From Candidatus Saccharimonadales bacterium (GTDB lineage Bacteria > Patescibacteriota > Saccharimonadia > Saccharimonadales > JANWIN01), in the NCBI GenBank assembly GCA_025449905.1, contig JANWIN010000004.1, positions 24,656 to 88,655 of the forward strand: a DNA stretch of 64,000 nt, written 5' to 3'. Within the stretch, counting starts at the first letter, position 1. Every line of letters begins with the position of its first letter. Positions 1-10,070 of the stretch are shown piece by piece. The notes beneath the pieces were generated by a model. That model was not told where the DNA came from. It was given only the letters and a program-made list of their open reading frames with translations, and searched no databases. The position numbers and the translations under genes are program-made.

Positions 1-20
1 AAAATGACGCCCGTTATAAT

Positions 21-305
21 TTGAAGATTATAGACAACGGCTACCCTCGCCCAGAACGCACCGAGCGTCGAGAAGACTACCGCCGAGAAGAGCCTAGCCC
101 GCAACAGGAGCAACCAGCTGAGGAACCTGCGACTAGCACACCAGTTGATCAACCGGCTGATGCACCACCACCTGAAGAAACTTCTGTAGACGAAGCCAAA
201 GAAGAGGTAGCGGCTGCTGAACCAGAAAGCACTGACGAAGAACGCGAGAATGTAGTAAGTAAGACTCGCCGAGAGCTTGAAGAACTAGATGACCTTGACG
301 TATAA
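21..305 (+). CDS. hypothetical acidic protein; the reading frame is open to the window edge, so this may be the 3' part of a longer gene
   Basis: ORF track (TTG start at 21); no in-frame stop between position 3 and 21; Glu/Pro-rich low-complexity sequence; no family recognised. Confidence 0.3.
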   Translation: MKIIDNGYPRPERTERREDYRREEPSPQQEQPAEEPATSTPVDQPADAPPPEETSVDEAKEEVAAAEPESTDEERENVVSKTRRELEELDDLDV

Positions 306-412
306 TATTACTCGTTAGAAGAGCTCGTTTGCGAGCCAACTTTCGTAAGTTGGGAGCTTTATGTGACAAAATTATCCGCGCTACTAGCGGATATTTTTGT
401 AGAAGGAACGTT

Positions 413-1054
413 GTGAAGATTCAAGTAATTACACTTTTCCCGGAAATGTTTAAACCAGTCCTGGAAACTAGCATGTTGTTTAAAGCCAAGGACAAAAAAC
501 TTGTCGAGTATTTGTATATTAATTTACGGGATTTTGGTTTAGGCAACCGAAAAACAGTCGACGACACTCCTTATGGCGGCGGCGACGGCATGCTACTTAA
601 ACCTGAACCTTTATTTGCGGCAGTTGAATATGCTAAAGAGCAAGATTCTAAAGCTAAAGTCATTTTGATGACGCCGCGCGGCAAAACTTTGACTCAAGCC
701 ATGTCTAAGAAATTGTCTAAAGAAAAAGACTTAATAATTATTTGTGGACGCTATGAAGGCTATGACGAACGTATAGCTTCTATAGTTGATGAGCAGGTCT
801 CCATTGGTGAATATGTTCTAACTGGCGGCGAACTACCGGCTATGATATTGATTGACTCGGTCGTACGCTTAATTCCGGGCGTCTTGGGGGGTGAAAATTC
901 GGCTGAAATAGAAAGTTTCAGTGATGGTAAAACCAAAGAATTTCCTCAGTACACTCGGCCGGAAAAATTCAAAGGCATGAAAGTGCCGGAGGTATTACTC
1001 AGCGGCAACCACGGCGAAATCGCCAAGTGGCGTAAAAACCAACAGAAAAATTGA
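413..1054 (+). CDS. trmD: tRNA (guanine37-N1)-methyltransferase TrmD
   Basis: VKIQVITLFPEMF...DDTPYGGGDGMLLKPEP...ILMTPRG...IICGRYEGYDERI are diagnostic SPOUT/TrmD motifs; GTG at 413 preceded by a GGAA RBS is a more plausible start than the track's 329. Confidence 0.9.
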   Translation: MKIQVITLFPEMFKPVLETSMLFKAKDKKLVEYLYINLRDFGLGNRKTVDDTPYGGGDGMLLKPEPLFAAVEYAKEQDSKAKVILMTPRGKTLTQAMSKKLSKEKDLIIICGRYEGYDERIASIVDEQVSIGEYVLTGGELPAMILIDSVVRLIPGVLGGENSAEIESFSDGKTKEFPQYTRPEKFKGMKVPEVLLSGNHGEIAKWRKNQQKN

Positions 1055-1085
1055 ATTAAAATCTTGAATATTATATAATATTGCT

Positions 1086-1952
1086 ATGTCACCGGAGTCT
1101 TGCGCGCCGCCGCAGAAACCTAAGCTGCCTTTAGCTGAAGTTCATAGAACTGAAGGATATAAGGATATGGGCACCGCTTATGCAGAAACAATGACACCTC
1201 ATATTGTAGACGCGTGTTTGAGACAGGGTCTGCCAGCGGAATTTGTACCTATGTTTGAAGCGCACTTAAAAGATTTACACTTTGTACTCTTTGATGAAAA
1301 GGAAGTTGAAGACCGCGTAAGCCCACAGCCCAGGATGGACGCTCCTAAACTACCTAAAAATGGTGACGAAAATGGCGGTTCATACATAAGGCGGATACTT
1401 GTCAGCAAACAAGAAATTGTGAGACGGGCTGATCTTCTCGAGGAAGTTTTTGGTGAGATTGGGCTTGATAATTTAAACAGAGATAAAGCAAGACAAGTAG
1501 CTGAGGATTGGACCTTTTATGATATGGCCATGGTGGCGCTAGGTAATTCATGCTACATGCAACAAAATCATCCCAGATACATTCCTGACTTTAATGGTCA
1601 AGCAGCCCATGTTAACGCTCACAGGACGCTAAGCTCAAATTTTTTATCTCTGCACCCAGAATACTCAATTTCAGCCCAGGAAGACACACGGCGCTTAATT
1701 AAAGGTTTTGGCATTATGATGGTACAGGATGCGTTATTGGCAAAGGGTTTGGTAAAAAGGGATGCTCATGCCAATTGGATGGTTCAAGGAATTCGCAACC
1801 GGATTCCAGACGCATATAACAGTGTGCAAGTGTCGGAAAGGCTAGAAACAACTCTGCCTAGCAAGGATACTAATAGAAGATTTGCGGAACTCGCAATGGC
1901 TACTTATGACCCAGATATCAAACTTGACGAAGTTGATGTTACGGACCTCTAA
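1086..1952 (+). CDS. hypothetical protein
   Basis: 288-aa ORF in the position where rplS normally follows trmD; no recognisable motif. Confidence 0.5.
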   Translation: MSPESCAPPQKPKLPLAEVHRTEGYKDMGTAYAETMTPHIVDACLRQGLPAEFVPMFEAHLKDLHFVLFDEKEVEDRVSPQPRMDAPKLPKNGDENGGSYIRRILVSKQEIVRRADLLEEVFGEIGLDNLNRDKARQVAEDWTFYDMAMVALGNSCYMQQNHPRYIPDFNGQAAHVNAHRTLSSNFLSLHPEYSISAQEDTRRLIKGFGIMMVQDALLAKGLVKRDAHANWMVQGIRNRIPDAYNSVQVSERLETTLPSKDTNRRFAELAMATYDPDIKLDEVDVTDL

Positions 1953-1963
1953 AACTTAATCAG

Positions 1964-3151
1964 TTAAATTTTTTTACAATAACTACACGTTTCTTCAACC
2001 TCATCGGCAGCTAGCCATTGGCGAGATGCTTTCCACCAGGGCTCCAGGTCTCGGTATGCCATAAACTCAGCAAAGCGGCGGGCTAGCCAACCTAACCGGC
2101 CGTATAAATGCCATTTCTTATATCTAACTGCTGCCCAGTGCGGTCCAATTGGCGTTAAATAGACAGGTTCTTTGGGGTTATATGTTTCAAGAGGCTTCTC
2201 CTTGATACGACGCAGAATATTTTCAGCCACAAAATGACCATCACGAATAGCGGTTTGAGCCATGCCGCTAAATGGTGTATCGGCATTGTCGCCAATTACA
2301 AATATGTCCACTTCAGCTTCAAGATGTTCATTAACCTCCACTCGTCCGTTTTCGCTAAGCTTAAATTTATTAGCTGCAAAGAATGGATTATTAGTAACGC
2401 CGGCCGTCCAAATAACTGTGTGGCTTTTAATCGGCACGCCCTCAACAATTAAGTCGTCAAGAGTCTCGCCACTAACTTTCTTGTCTAGTAATAACCTGAC
2501 ACCCAGCCGCTTTAATCTTCTAGCTGCTACCTGTGAAGTACTGCGAGGCATATTTGGCAAAACCCGCCGGTTGGCTTCAACCAGCTTTATTTGGACTACG
2601 CGGTTTTTTAAGCAGTGTTTCTTTAAAATTTGTTTGATATAGCCGGGTAAAACTCCTGCCAGCTCTACGCCTGTTGGTCCACCACCAACCACAATGTAGT
2701 TGTAGTCAGGCTGGCCGGTATCTATTAACTGTTTGTGCAAATGAGTCTTCAACTCCATAGCTTTTTGGTAGTTCTTTATGCCGAAAGAATATTCTTCCAG
2801 ACCCTTTATGCCAAAATAATTAGTCACTGCGCCAATAGCTAAAATCAAGCTGTCGTATTTAAGCTTTTTGCCACTACTTGTTACCAGGTATTTATTTCTG
2901 CGATCTAACTTCGCAACCTTAGCCACTACTAGTTTGACTGGAATCTTGTCGAATAAATCCTTGAGGCTCATCATCGATTGGGCTCGGCTGCCACCGGTGG
3001 CAGCATGATACAAGCTAGCATGGTAATGAAAGTCTTGATAATCGGAGACCAGAACAACTTCAACTTGATTACTTTTTGCTAATTCCTGAGCAGCTTTTAC
3101 ACCGCCAAAACCGCCGCCGGCAATTATCACTTTATGCTTTTGATTTTTCAT
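1964..3151 (-). CDS. ndh: type II NADH dehydrogenase (NDH-2) / FAD-dependent pyridine nucleotide-disulfide oxidoreductase
   Basis: N-terminal KVIIAGGGFGGVKAA Rossmann motif and second dinucleotide fold IVVGGGPTGVELAG; about 395 aa. Confidence 0.8.
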   Translation of the reverse strand: MKNQKHKVIIAGGGFGGVKAAQELAKSNQVEVVLVSDYQDFHYHASLYHAATGGSRAQSMMSLKDLFDKIPVKLVVAKVAKLDRRNKYLVTSSGKKLKYDSLILAIGAVTNYFGIKGLEEYSFGIKNYQKAMELKTHLHKQLIDTGQPDYNYIVVGGGPTGVELAGVLPGYIKQILKKHCLKNRVVQIKLVEANRRVLPNMPRSTSQVAARRLKRLGVRLLLDKKVSGETLDDLIVEGVPIKSHTVIWTAGVTNNPFFAANKFKLSENGRVEVNEHLEAEVDIFVIGDNADTPFSGMAQTAIRDGHFVAENILRRIKEKPLETYNPKEPVYLTPIGPHWAAVRYKKWHLYGRLGWLARRFAEFMAYRDLEPWWKASRQWLAADEVEETCSYCKKI

Positions 3152-3216
3152 AAATTCTCTTATGATTATACAAGATTACACTTGATAATTAGTGTTAGTT
3201 AAAGTAAGTATTAGTT

Positions 3217-3942
3217 ATGACTCAAAGTAAATTCAAAGCCTTAAACCCAAAAGTTGTATTAGGCGTAGCTGCTCATCCCGATGATCTGGACTTTGGCGCA
3301 GCCGGCACAATGGCCAAGTGGGCCAGAGGCGGTGCCGAAGTTTCATATTTAATACTAACTGACGGCTCACGCGGCTCAGCAAATAGAAAAGTCTCGCCCG
3401 AGGAACTAGTCAAAACCCGCAAACATGAGCAAGAAGATGCCGCCAAAGTGCTAGGTGTCAAAAATGTCTTTTTTTGTAAATGGGAAGATTGCTGCCTTGA
3501 GTGCCATGATGACGTAAAACGCGAAATTGTTAGGGAAATCCGTGAGCTCAAGCCAGATGTTGTGGTGACTATGGATCCAACAATGATATATGCTGCCGAG
3601 ATTGGCTTTATAAATCACTCTGATCATCGGGCTGCCGGGCAAGCTACGCTGGACGCTGTTTTTCCGCTGGCACGTGATCATCTTAGTTTCCCAGAGCTTT
3701 TAAAAGAAGGCTTGGAGCCCCATAATACACCCACCCTACTATTGATTAATTTAGAAAAGCAAAATTGGTTTGAAGATATCTCGAACCAAGTTGAGGCTAA
3801 ATTAAAGGCATTACAGACACACCAGAGCCAGTTACCCGAAATGGAACAGGCTTTAAAAATGATAAAAGAACTAGCTGTTGATATGGGCAAAAAAGCCGGT
3901 TGTGAATTTGCCGAAGGCTTCATGCGAATTGATATCCGCTAA
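3217..3942 (+). CDS. PIG-L/LmbE family N-acetylglucosaminyl deacetylase (BshB/MshB-like)
   Basis: VLGVAAHPDDLDFGAAGTMAKW...LILTDGSRGS signature of the PIG-L family. Confidence 0.8.
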   Translation: MTQSKFKALNPKVVLGVAAHPDDLDFGAAGTMAKWARGGAEVSYLILTDGSRGSANRKVSPEELVKTRKHEQEDAAKVLGVKNVFFCKWEDCCLECHDDVKREIVREIRELKPDVVVTMDPTMIYAAEIGFINHSDHRAAGQATLDAVFPLARDHLSFPELLKEGLEPHNTPTLLLINLEKQNWFEDISNQVEAKLKALQTHQSQLPEMEQALKMIKELAVDMGKKAGCEFAEGFMRIDIR

Positions 3943-3958
3943 CTGCTACAATTAGGGG

Positions 3959-4348
3959 ATGATTGAGGTTAGCGATGAAGAATTTGAGCAGATTGTTAGA
4001 AGCGCGGTTGATGACATTCCTGAAAAATACGGCCGGCATATAAAAAATCTGGCTTTTGTGGTTGAAGATGAACCCAACGACAACCAACGACAGCGACTTA
4101 AGCTGCATCCTGGGACTAGCCTGTTTGGACTGTATGAGGGTATACCGCTGACTAAACGTGGTGCCGGTTATAACTTGGTACTACCTGATAAGGTTACTAT
4201 TTTTAAGAAGCCAATTTTAAATGCTTGTCATACTAGCGAGCACGTTGAAATTCTGGTGCGGCAAACTATTTGGCATGAAGTGGCTCATTACTATGGATTA
4301 GACCACGGAGATATTGACCGTTTAGAAAATAATAGCGCTAAAGATTGA
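3959..4348 (+). CDS. zincin-like metallopeptidase family protein (DUF1025-like)
   Basis: HEVAHYYGLDH metal-binding motif in a small acidic protein typical of this family. Confidence 0.7.
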   Translation: MIEVSDEEFEQIVRSAVDDIPEKYGRHIKNLAFVVEDEPNDNQRQRLKLHPGTSLFGLYEGIPLTKRGAGYNLVLPDKVTIFKKPILNACHTSEHVEILVRQTIWHEVAHYYGLDHGDIDRLENNSAKD

Positions 4349-4936
4349 CTTAGTTAAGTTAAACAACTCTTCGGCCAGCTTAATCTCGAGCACAATTCCG
4401 CCGGCGCCTATTAGGCAACCGATTACATAAAGTAGCGCATCTTCTAAAATTAGCGACAAACTAACTATTACTACCCCCAACGCCGGCAGTGTATCAAGCC
4501 AGGAAAAAGGCGGTGCTACCAAGGCCCCAAAGGTCAAAACAAAAATCACTAAACCGCTAACTCGCAGGAAATTCGGATCATTCAGCAGCCCGCTAAGTCT
4601 TGGTTTTGAATAATGCTCAAGCCATTTTACTCTTTTTGTTAAAGCAGGTAATAATTTAGTTTCGGTTTTTGATGAAATTTTTAGATTGCGCCATTTTTTG
4701 GGAATCCAGATTACTCGACGGCCAATAATAAGTTCAACCGATAAAACCATAACAATAATTTCAAAAATATGCGTCAGTCCGCCAGTCGGAATTGGCAGGG
4801 CCGGTATAGCCATGAGGATTAGAATAATAAAAGCAAAACTCTTTTCGGCAAACACACTTTCCAAATTAGCTAAAGTCTTGGGGCTATGGTCTTTTAACCA
4901 AGCCTCTAATTGCTCACTGAAAGGGCGATCATCCAT
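4322..4936 (-). CDS. ExoD-like exopolysaccharide synthesis membrane protein
   Basis: ALPIPTGGLTHIFE motif and hydrophobic topology resemble the ExoD family. Confidence 0.55.
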   Translation of the reverse strand: MDDRPFSEQLEAWLKDHSPKTLANLESVFAEKSFAFIILILMAIPALPIPTGGLTHIFEIIVMVLSVELIIGRRVIWIPKKWRNLKISSKTETKLLPALTKRVKWLEHYSKPRLSGLLNDPNFLRVSGLVIFVLTFGALVAPPFSWLDTLPALGVVIVSLSLILEDALLYVIGCLIGAGGIVLEIKLAEELFNLTKSIFSAIIF

Positions 4937-4974
4937 AAACCTATATTAGTTGACAAGGTTAAAATAAGAAAACG

Positions 4975-5385
4975 CTAACGGGGTGCAGCAGGCGGAGCTG
5001 GTTTATCATTATCGTATGATTTCACAATATCAATTAGATCACTGGGGATAGTGTTAGCCTTAATTATGTAGCCGTCGGCATTACTTTCTGCTGCTTCCTT
5101 GGCCAAGTTTTCTTGGGCTAAATTGGTTAGCAGGATAATTTTAACTTTTTGACTGGCATGCTTAGGGTTAGTCCGCAGCTCCTTTAAAATTTCCATGCCC
5201 GATTGACCTGGCAACATGATGTCAACGAAAATAATATCCGGACGATACTGCTCTAATATTTTGTAAGTAGCCGGGGCATCATTAACTACCTGAATTTCAT
5301 AGCCGGCACCAGCAAAAGCTGTCCGATACAGCTCTCGAATCATAAAATCATCTTCAATTAGTAGGATCTTTTTTGAGCCAGCCAC
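4975..5385 (-). CDS. single-domain response regulator (CheY-like receiver)
   Basis: ILLIEDD...DIIFVDIMLPGQSGME...K at the conserved position; no output domain; overlaps the upstream histidine kinase by about 30 nt. Confidence 0.85.
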   Translation of the reverse strand: MAGSKKILLIEDDFMIRELYRTAFAGAGYEIQVVNDAPATYKILEQYRPDIIFVDIMLPGQSGMEILKELRTNPKHASQKVKIILLTNLAQENLAKEAAESNADGYIIKANTIPSDLIDIVKSYDNDKPAPPAAPR

Positions 5386-7627
5386 GTGTCCCCATTACTT
5401 GGTTAGTTTCCGACACTAGTTTAGCATGTTTGGCATCGTCATAAATCGGCAGGGTGAAGTAAAAAGTTGAACCTTTGCCAGCTTCGGACTCAACCCCAAT
5501 CTCTCCATGGTGAAGTTCGATGATGGCTTTTGATATATAAAGACCCAGCCCAGTGCCTCGGTTACCGGTTGTTAAACTATGCTCGACACGGTAAAACTTG
5601 CGGAACAACCGCGACTTGGCTTCTGGCGGAATTCCTAGACCATAATCTTTCACGCTAACTCTTGCCAAATCATCCTGGCGAGTAACATTAATCTCAATTT
5701 GGCCATTATCGGGCGAATATTTAATAGCGTTATTAAGTAAGTTATTAATTACTTCGCTAAGAGCCGAGGCGTCAGCGGGCACTGTAATCTCTGGCTCTTT
5801 AGCGCTGAAAATTAGTTTTTGGTTTTTCATTTTGGCACTCGATTGCTGTTGATTACATAAGCTATTGACTAGTTTCGGCAAGTCAACCTTGGTCATATGA
5901 ATCTCCATTGAACCGCGTTCCACCCTGGACACGTTTAATAAGTTGTTTATTAAGGTACTAAGTTGATCGGTGCCGATTAAGGCTCGATGCAGACGCTCCT
6001 GCCCATCGGGCGGTAATTTTGGTGCGTCCTGGTTCTTCATTAGCTCCAAATAACCACGCAGGAAAGTCAATGGTGTTCGCAGCTCGTGTGCAGCAATGGC
6101 CACAAAATCAACTTTCATAACTTCCAATTCGCGGCTTTGTGTTAAGTCGCGGATGGTGATAATGGCGCTAACATCACTGGTCTTATTTTCTAGAATTACC
6201 ACCACCAGGTTTACGTAGGAAGCTTTATTTGGGCTGGGCACTACTAAGCCGTTATATAAATAAATACCCGGTTTGTCATAATCAATTTGGACAGCCTTAT
6301 CATCGTGCAGCCATTGGTAGGCATGTTCAATTTGCTGACCCATTATTTCCGTGTCACTGCGATCCAGTAGCTTAGCAGCCGGCGGGTTAATTGATACAAT
6401 TTTATGGTTGTTATCAATAGCCACAATACCGTCGCTAACGCTTTTAATAATGCTGTTAAGTTTATTATGCTCAATTTCTAGAGTCAGATTTTTATCTTTT
6501 AGACTGCCAATCATCAGCGATAAGTTGCCACCCATTTTATTGAAGTTTTCAGCCAGGTGACCCAGCTCATCATTCGTTTTTACCGGCAGCTTATAGTTAA
6601 AATCACCAGAGCCTAGCCGGTCAGCGCCAGCCGACAAACTCTGTATGGGTGTTAAGATCTGTTTTCTCATTAAAAAGCTCAAAACAAAGACTAAGACAGC
6701 GGCGCCTATAAAAACACTAATTCCCAATCTATAGAGGGCTGATACTTCTTTATAGACACTGGAAATTGGCTCTTCGGTTATTACTCCCCACTTTGTGCGG
6801 CTTATTTCTTTGGAGCTGCTAAGCACAGCTTGGCCTCTTTCAGAAGTAGACTGATGTTGATCATTCTTGCCTTCCAAAAAATGGTTAACCTGATGCACTG
6901 CGGCTACCACCTGATTATTGCGTCTAAATTTATCATCCGGGTGGGCAATTAAGTTACCTTTATCGTCAACCACGTAAGCGTAACCTTGCTCGCCAATTTT
7001 AATGGACAACACTGAATCCCAAAGATTACCCAAGCTGTAATTACCAATAAGGACGCCGGTAATGTCGCTTTGGGAGCGATATTTGCCGAACTCGGCTGTT
7101 GATAAGTGCGACAAATCTTGCTGCTGATTAAACTTTATTAAAGGCACAGCAATCAATACGTGTGGCGATCGATTCTCGTCATATATTACCGGGCCGATAT
7201 ATTCTTTGCCGGCTAGAAAAGTCGCTGCTCTAAAAGCATCGCTGGCGGCAATGTTTACATGTTTTTCAATCAGCCCACTTCGATTAACAACTACTAATTG
7301 TTTGCCTTGTTTATTGGCAAGAGTTATATCTAATAAATCACGGTCGCCTTTTATGTAGGTTGCTAGATTTAGGCTGGCATCTTTAGTGTCCAATAGTCGA
7401 ACGGCGCTAGTCTGAGATTCAAATATAAGATTATCAATTTTAGAGCCCAGAAAATTATCAACTCGTTCAGCAGCTTGAGTGGCTGCCAGATTTTGACGAA
7501 CAAAGGCTTCACGTTTTAATTGCGATTGAGTGGTGAAGATCAAAGCTAAATTAACAACCAATAACGGCCCCAAGGAAACAAATAAAAACAAAAGCAAAAT
7601 TTTATGCCTTATTTTTAAGCCATGCAT
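5354..7627 (-). CDS. sensor histidine kinase (TM, extracellular Cache-like region, HAMP, PAS, HisKA, HATPase_c)
   Basis: H-box AAHELRTPLT, N-box NLLNNAIKYS, G-boxes DYGLGIP/GTGLGL, N-terminal TM segment. Confidence 0.85.
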   Translation of the reverse strand: MHGLKIRHKILLLFLFVSLGPLLVVNLALIFTTQSQLKREAFVRQNLAATQAAERVDNFLGSKIDNLIFESQTSAVRLLDTKDASLNLATYIKGDRDLLDITLANKQGKQLVVVNRSGLIEKHVNIAASDAFRAATFLAGKEYIGPVIYDENRSPHVLIAVPLIKFNQQQDLSHLSTAEFGKYRSQSDITGVLIGNYSLGNLWDSVLSIKIGEQGYAYVVDDKGNLIAHPDDKFRRNNQVVAAVHQVNHFLEGKNDQHQSTSERGQAVLSSSKEISRTKWGVITEEPISSVYKEVSALYRLGISVFIGAAVLVFVLSFLMRKQILTPIQSLSAGADRLGSGDFNYKLPVKTNDELGHLAENFNKMGGNLSLMIGSLKDKNLTLEIEHNKLNSIIKSVSDGIVAIDNNHKIVSINPPAAKLLDRSDTEIMGQQIEHAYQWLHDDKAVQIDYDKPGIYLYNGLVVPSPNKASYVNLVVVILENKTSDVSAIITIRDLTQSRELEVMKVDFVAIAAHELRTPLTFLRGYLELMKNQDAPKLPPDGQERLHRALIGTDQLSTLINNLLNVSRVERGSMEIHMTKVDLPKLVNSLCNQQQSSAKMKNQKLIFSAKEPEITVPADASALSEVINNLLNNAIKYSPDNGQIEINVTRQDDLARVSVKDYGLGIPPEAKSRLFRKFYRVEHSLTTGNRGTGLGLYISKAIIELHHGEIGVESEAGKGSTFYFTLPIYDDAKHAKLVSETNQVMGTRGWLKKDPTN

Positions 7628-7703
7628 TACACTTATGGTATTACTGAATCCACTCTGCTACAACCTTGACAAACGGTAACAATAATTAATATGCTTATGC
7701 TAG

Positions 7704-8330
7704 ATGAATCCACAAAACAATAACCCTGGTCCGCTAACTAATACTAATAGCCAACCAATGCAACCACCACCGCCTGTAGAATTAACTGCACCCCAACCTA
7801 AAAAGAAGCCTAGATCTAAAGGATTAGTTGGCATACTTATTATTCTAGTATTTATTAGCAGCTTAGCCGGAGCCTATGCTCTAGGTAGAAATTCTAAAAA
7901 ACCAGCCGTGGTAACCAATCAGACGCCCTTTAAAACACTGTCTTTGCCGCCAGAAGCCATCGTCGCGGCTGAATGTGAGCCTGGACGCGGCAAGCAGTAT
8001 ATTATCCCTAAAGACATACCAAAGGGCGGGCCGCTTTATGATGTCAATAATAACCGTGTAATAGCGATTGAATATCTTATTAAGGTGCAGGACCTTCTAA
8101 CTAAACCCGATTCATTAACCGACAAAATTACTGATCTTACAAAAAACTATCAGGTAGACCACTTCAGCATAGTGCCTACCGCACCACACGCCGGCGAAAA
8201 CTCCCAGCACATTCACTTAATTATGTTTGTCGTTTCTAAAGATGAGGCTAAAACTATAACTTGCGGTCAAAGTTCTTCTGACGCTACCAATAGTGAAGGC
8301 ACAACTGAAGAGATGATGCATATGCATTAA
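7704..8330 (+). CDS. hypothetical membrane-anchored protein (Pro/Gln-rich N-terminus, one TM segment)
   Basis: ORF track; TM helix GILIILVFISSLAGAYAL; no family recognised. Confidence 0.5.
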   Translation: MNPQNNNPGPLTNTNSQPMQPPPPVELTAPQPKKKPRSKGLVGILIILVFISSLAGAYALGRNSKKPAVVTNQTPFKTLSLPPEAIVAAECEPGRGKQYIIPKDIPKGGPLYDVNNNRVIAIEYLIKVQDLLTKPDSLTDKITDLTKNYQVDHFSIVPTAPHAGENSQHIHLIMFVVSKDEAKTITCGQSSSDATNSEGTTEEMMHMH

Positions 8331-8338
8331 GTGGTAAT

Positions 8339-8860
8339 CTAAGCTTTTTCAATACGACCGCAGGCTAAACGCGGCCCGCCACTGACACCAGAACCAATTG
8401 CGCCCGTTTTATTCGAGTCAATATTGGCATGCACCATTAATGATGTGCCTTCTTTGGGTTGCAAGATTGAAACTGGCCCGTCAGACAAAGTAACTCGAGT
8501 TGTAATAGTCTCTAAGACGCCACTACCATTTTTATCAATCGTAATCATCGGTAAATCACCGGCGTGGTAGCCATGGTTGGTGTCTGGATCACTATTACCG
8601 CTGGGTCCGGGGTCAAAATGGCCACCGGCGCACTTAAAACCATCGCATTCGCAATCACCCTTTTCGTGAATGTGCACGGCGTGCTTGCCGGGCTTTAACA
8701 TTTTGGGGTTACCGTTTAGCTCCAGGTGGATATGAACATATTTCCAACCGCCAATATCGTATTCAGTAAAAATTGCTGAACCATCAACATCCGGGCCGCT
8801 AAGCGTCACTTTAGCTCTGGATGATACTTTTTTATTGTCAGCTGTCAGGTCAACTTTCAT
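8339..8860 (-). CDS. sodC: Cu/Zn superoxide dismutase
   Basis: HAVHIHEKGDC...GGHFDP...HAGDLP...GGPRLACG metal-ligand motifs of the SodC family; no obvious signal peptide. Confidence 0.85.
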   Translation of the reverse strand: MKVDLTADNKKVSSRAKVTLSGPDVDGSAIFTEYDIGGWKYVHIHLELNGNPKMLKPGKHAVHIHEKGDCECDGFKCAGGHFDPGPSGNSDPDTNHGYHAGDLPMITIDKNGSGVLETITTRVTLSDGPVSILQPKEGTSLMVHANIDSNKTGAIGSGVSGGPRLACGRIEKA

Positions 8861-9050
8861 TTATTCCTCCTCCAAGCCACTACTAAAAGTAAGGCACTTA
8901 AAATAACTAGCAATACTATGGGCAAGTTCATGCTGATTGTATGAGCCGGCGTATGGTGGGCAAAAATCACTGGGCCTCCTTAATTTATTTAATTGTAACA
9001 CTGCGCGCTTAGCAAATTCTGTCACAAATTTAACATGCTATAATCCAGCC

Positions 9051-10070
9051 ATGATTAGACTGCCGTCGTATCTCTACCGAGATGCTCGGATGGGTGAACT
9101 GTTGGAACTGTTTATGGTATCAGCCGTAACAGCCTTGCTCGTTAATCGCTTTATTTTGTTTCTACTGGGCTATCCATCTATAGGCGGCAGCAAGCTGCAT
9201 ATTGCCCATATGCTTTGGGGTGGCCTCCTAATGCTGATTGGTTTAATTTTAGTCTTTGTTTTTTTGGGTTACCGGGTGCGCCAACTAGCCAGCATTGTTG
9301 CTGGCGCTGGCTTTGGCCTATTCATTGACGAGCTGGGTAAGTTCATAACTCGTGATAACAACTATTTCTTTCAACCGACGATTGCTCTAATTTATCTAAT
9401 TTTTGTTATCCTATTTATCATTTTTAGAAGCTTAAGCAGCCAACGGCGACTAAGCCAGCAGGAGTACCTAATGAACGCCTTAAGCTTGTCAGAGGAGACG
9501 ATAATGATTGATTTGTCTAGTATTGAGCGCCAACAAGCGCTTAGCTATCTTGAAAAAGCCGATCAATCAAACCCGTTGGTTAAGGCCTTAACTGAGGCTC
9601 TAAATTCGACTAAAACAGTGGATTCCGATAATCGGGCCTGGCTTAAAAAATGGGCTGACGGAGTAGTTAACTTTTATAATAAATTGATTCATCTGCCTTA
9701 CGCGGCCAAAGTTATTGATGGGGTTTTTATAATCAAAGCCCTGATTTTCCCATTGCTATTAATACTTGGACCGATTGATAGTTTAAAAAACGGTATATCC
9801 GGCAAGCTGGATTGGATGACGGTTTTAGAACTTATTAGTTCACTGGTAGCAGGCGCCTATGTGCTAGCCGGCGTGCTTAAAATTAAAAAATCACGCTTAA
9901 AGGCTTATGAGCTTTTTTCTAAGTCACTGTTGATTGATATTTTTATCACCCAGTTTTTTGCATTTTACGTCAGCCAGTTCCAAACCCTGTATGTCCTAGC
10001 TATAAATGTGGCTCTATACTTTGCCGTTCGCTTCCTCATTCAGCAGGAAAAACGCAAACTCGTTACTTAG
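9051..10070 (+). CDS. hypothetical polytopic membrane protein
   Basis: ORF track; start moved to the ATG at 9051, which lies 8 nt after a TATAAT box (leaderless-like); multiple TM helices. Confidence 0.5.
   Translation: MIRLPSYLYRDARMGELLELFMVSAVTALLVNRFILFLLGYPSIGGSKLHIAHMLWGGLLMLIGLILVFVFLGYRVRQLASIVAGAGFGLFIDELGKFITRDNNYFFQPTIALIYLIFVILFIIFRSLSSQRRLSQQEYLMNALSLSEETIMIDLSSIERQQALSYLEKADQSNPLVKALTEALNSTKTVDSDNRAWLKKWADGVVNFYNKLIHLPYAAKVIDGVFIIKALIFPLLLILGPIDSLKNGISGKLDWMTVLELISSLVAGAYVLAGVLKIKKSRLKAYELFSKSLLIDIFITQFFAFYVSQFQTLYVLAINVALYFAVRFLIQQEKRKLVT

Noticed and set aside
329-412. The 84-nt N-terminal extension of the trmD ORF in the track (start at 329)
   Set aside because: The extension is not TrmD-like. 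Conserved TrmD sequence begins at the GTG at 413 (VKIQVITLFPEMF), which has an RBS.
2234-4108. Multiple 60-130-aa ORFs antisense to ndh, the PIG-L deacetylase and neighbours (e.g. 2262..2642 +, 3273..3551 -, 3678..3923 -)
   Set aside because: They are embedded opposite well-supported conserved genes, have low-complexity Ser/Leu-rich translations typical of antisense frames, and lack RBSs.
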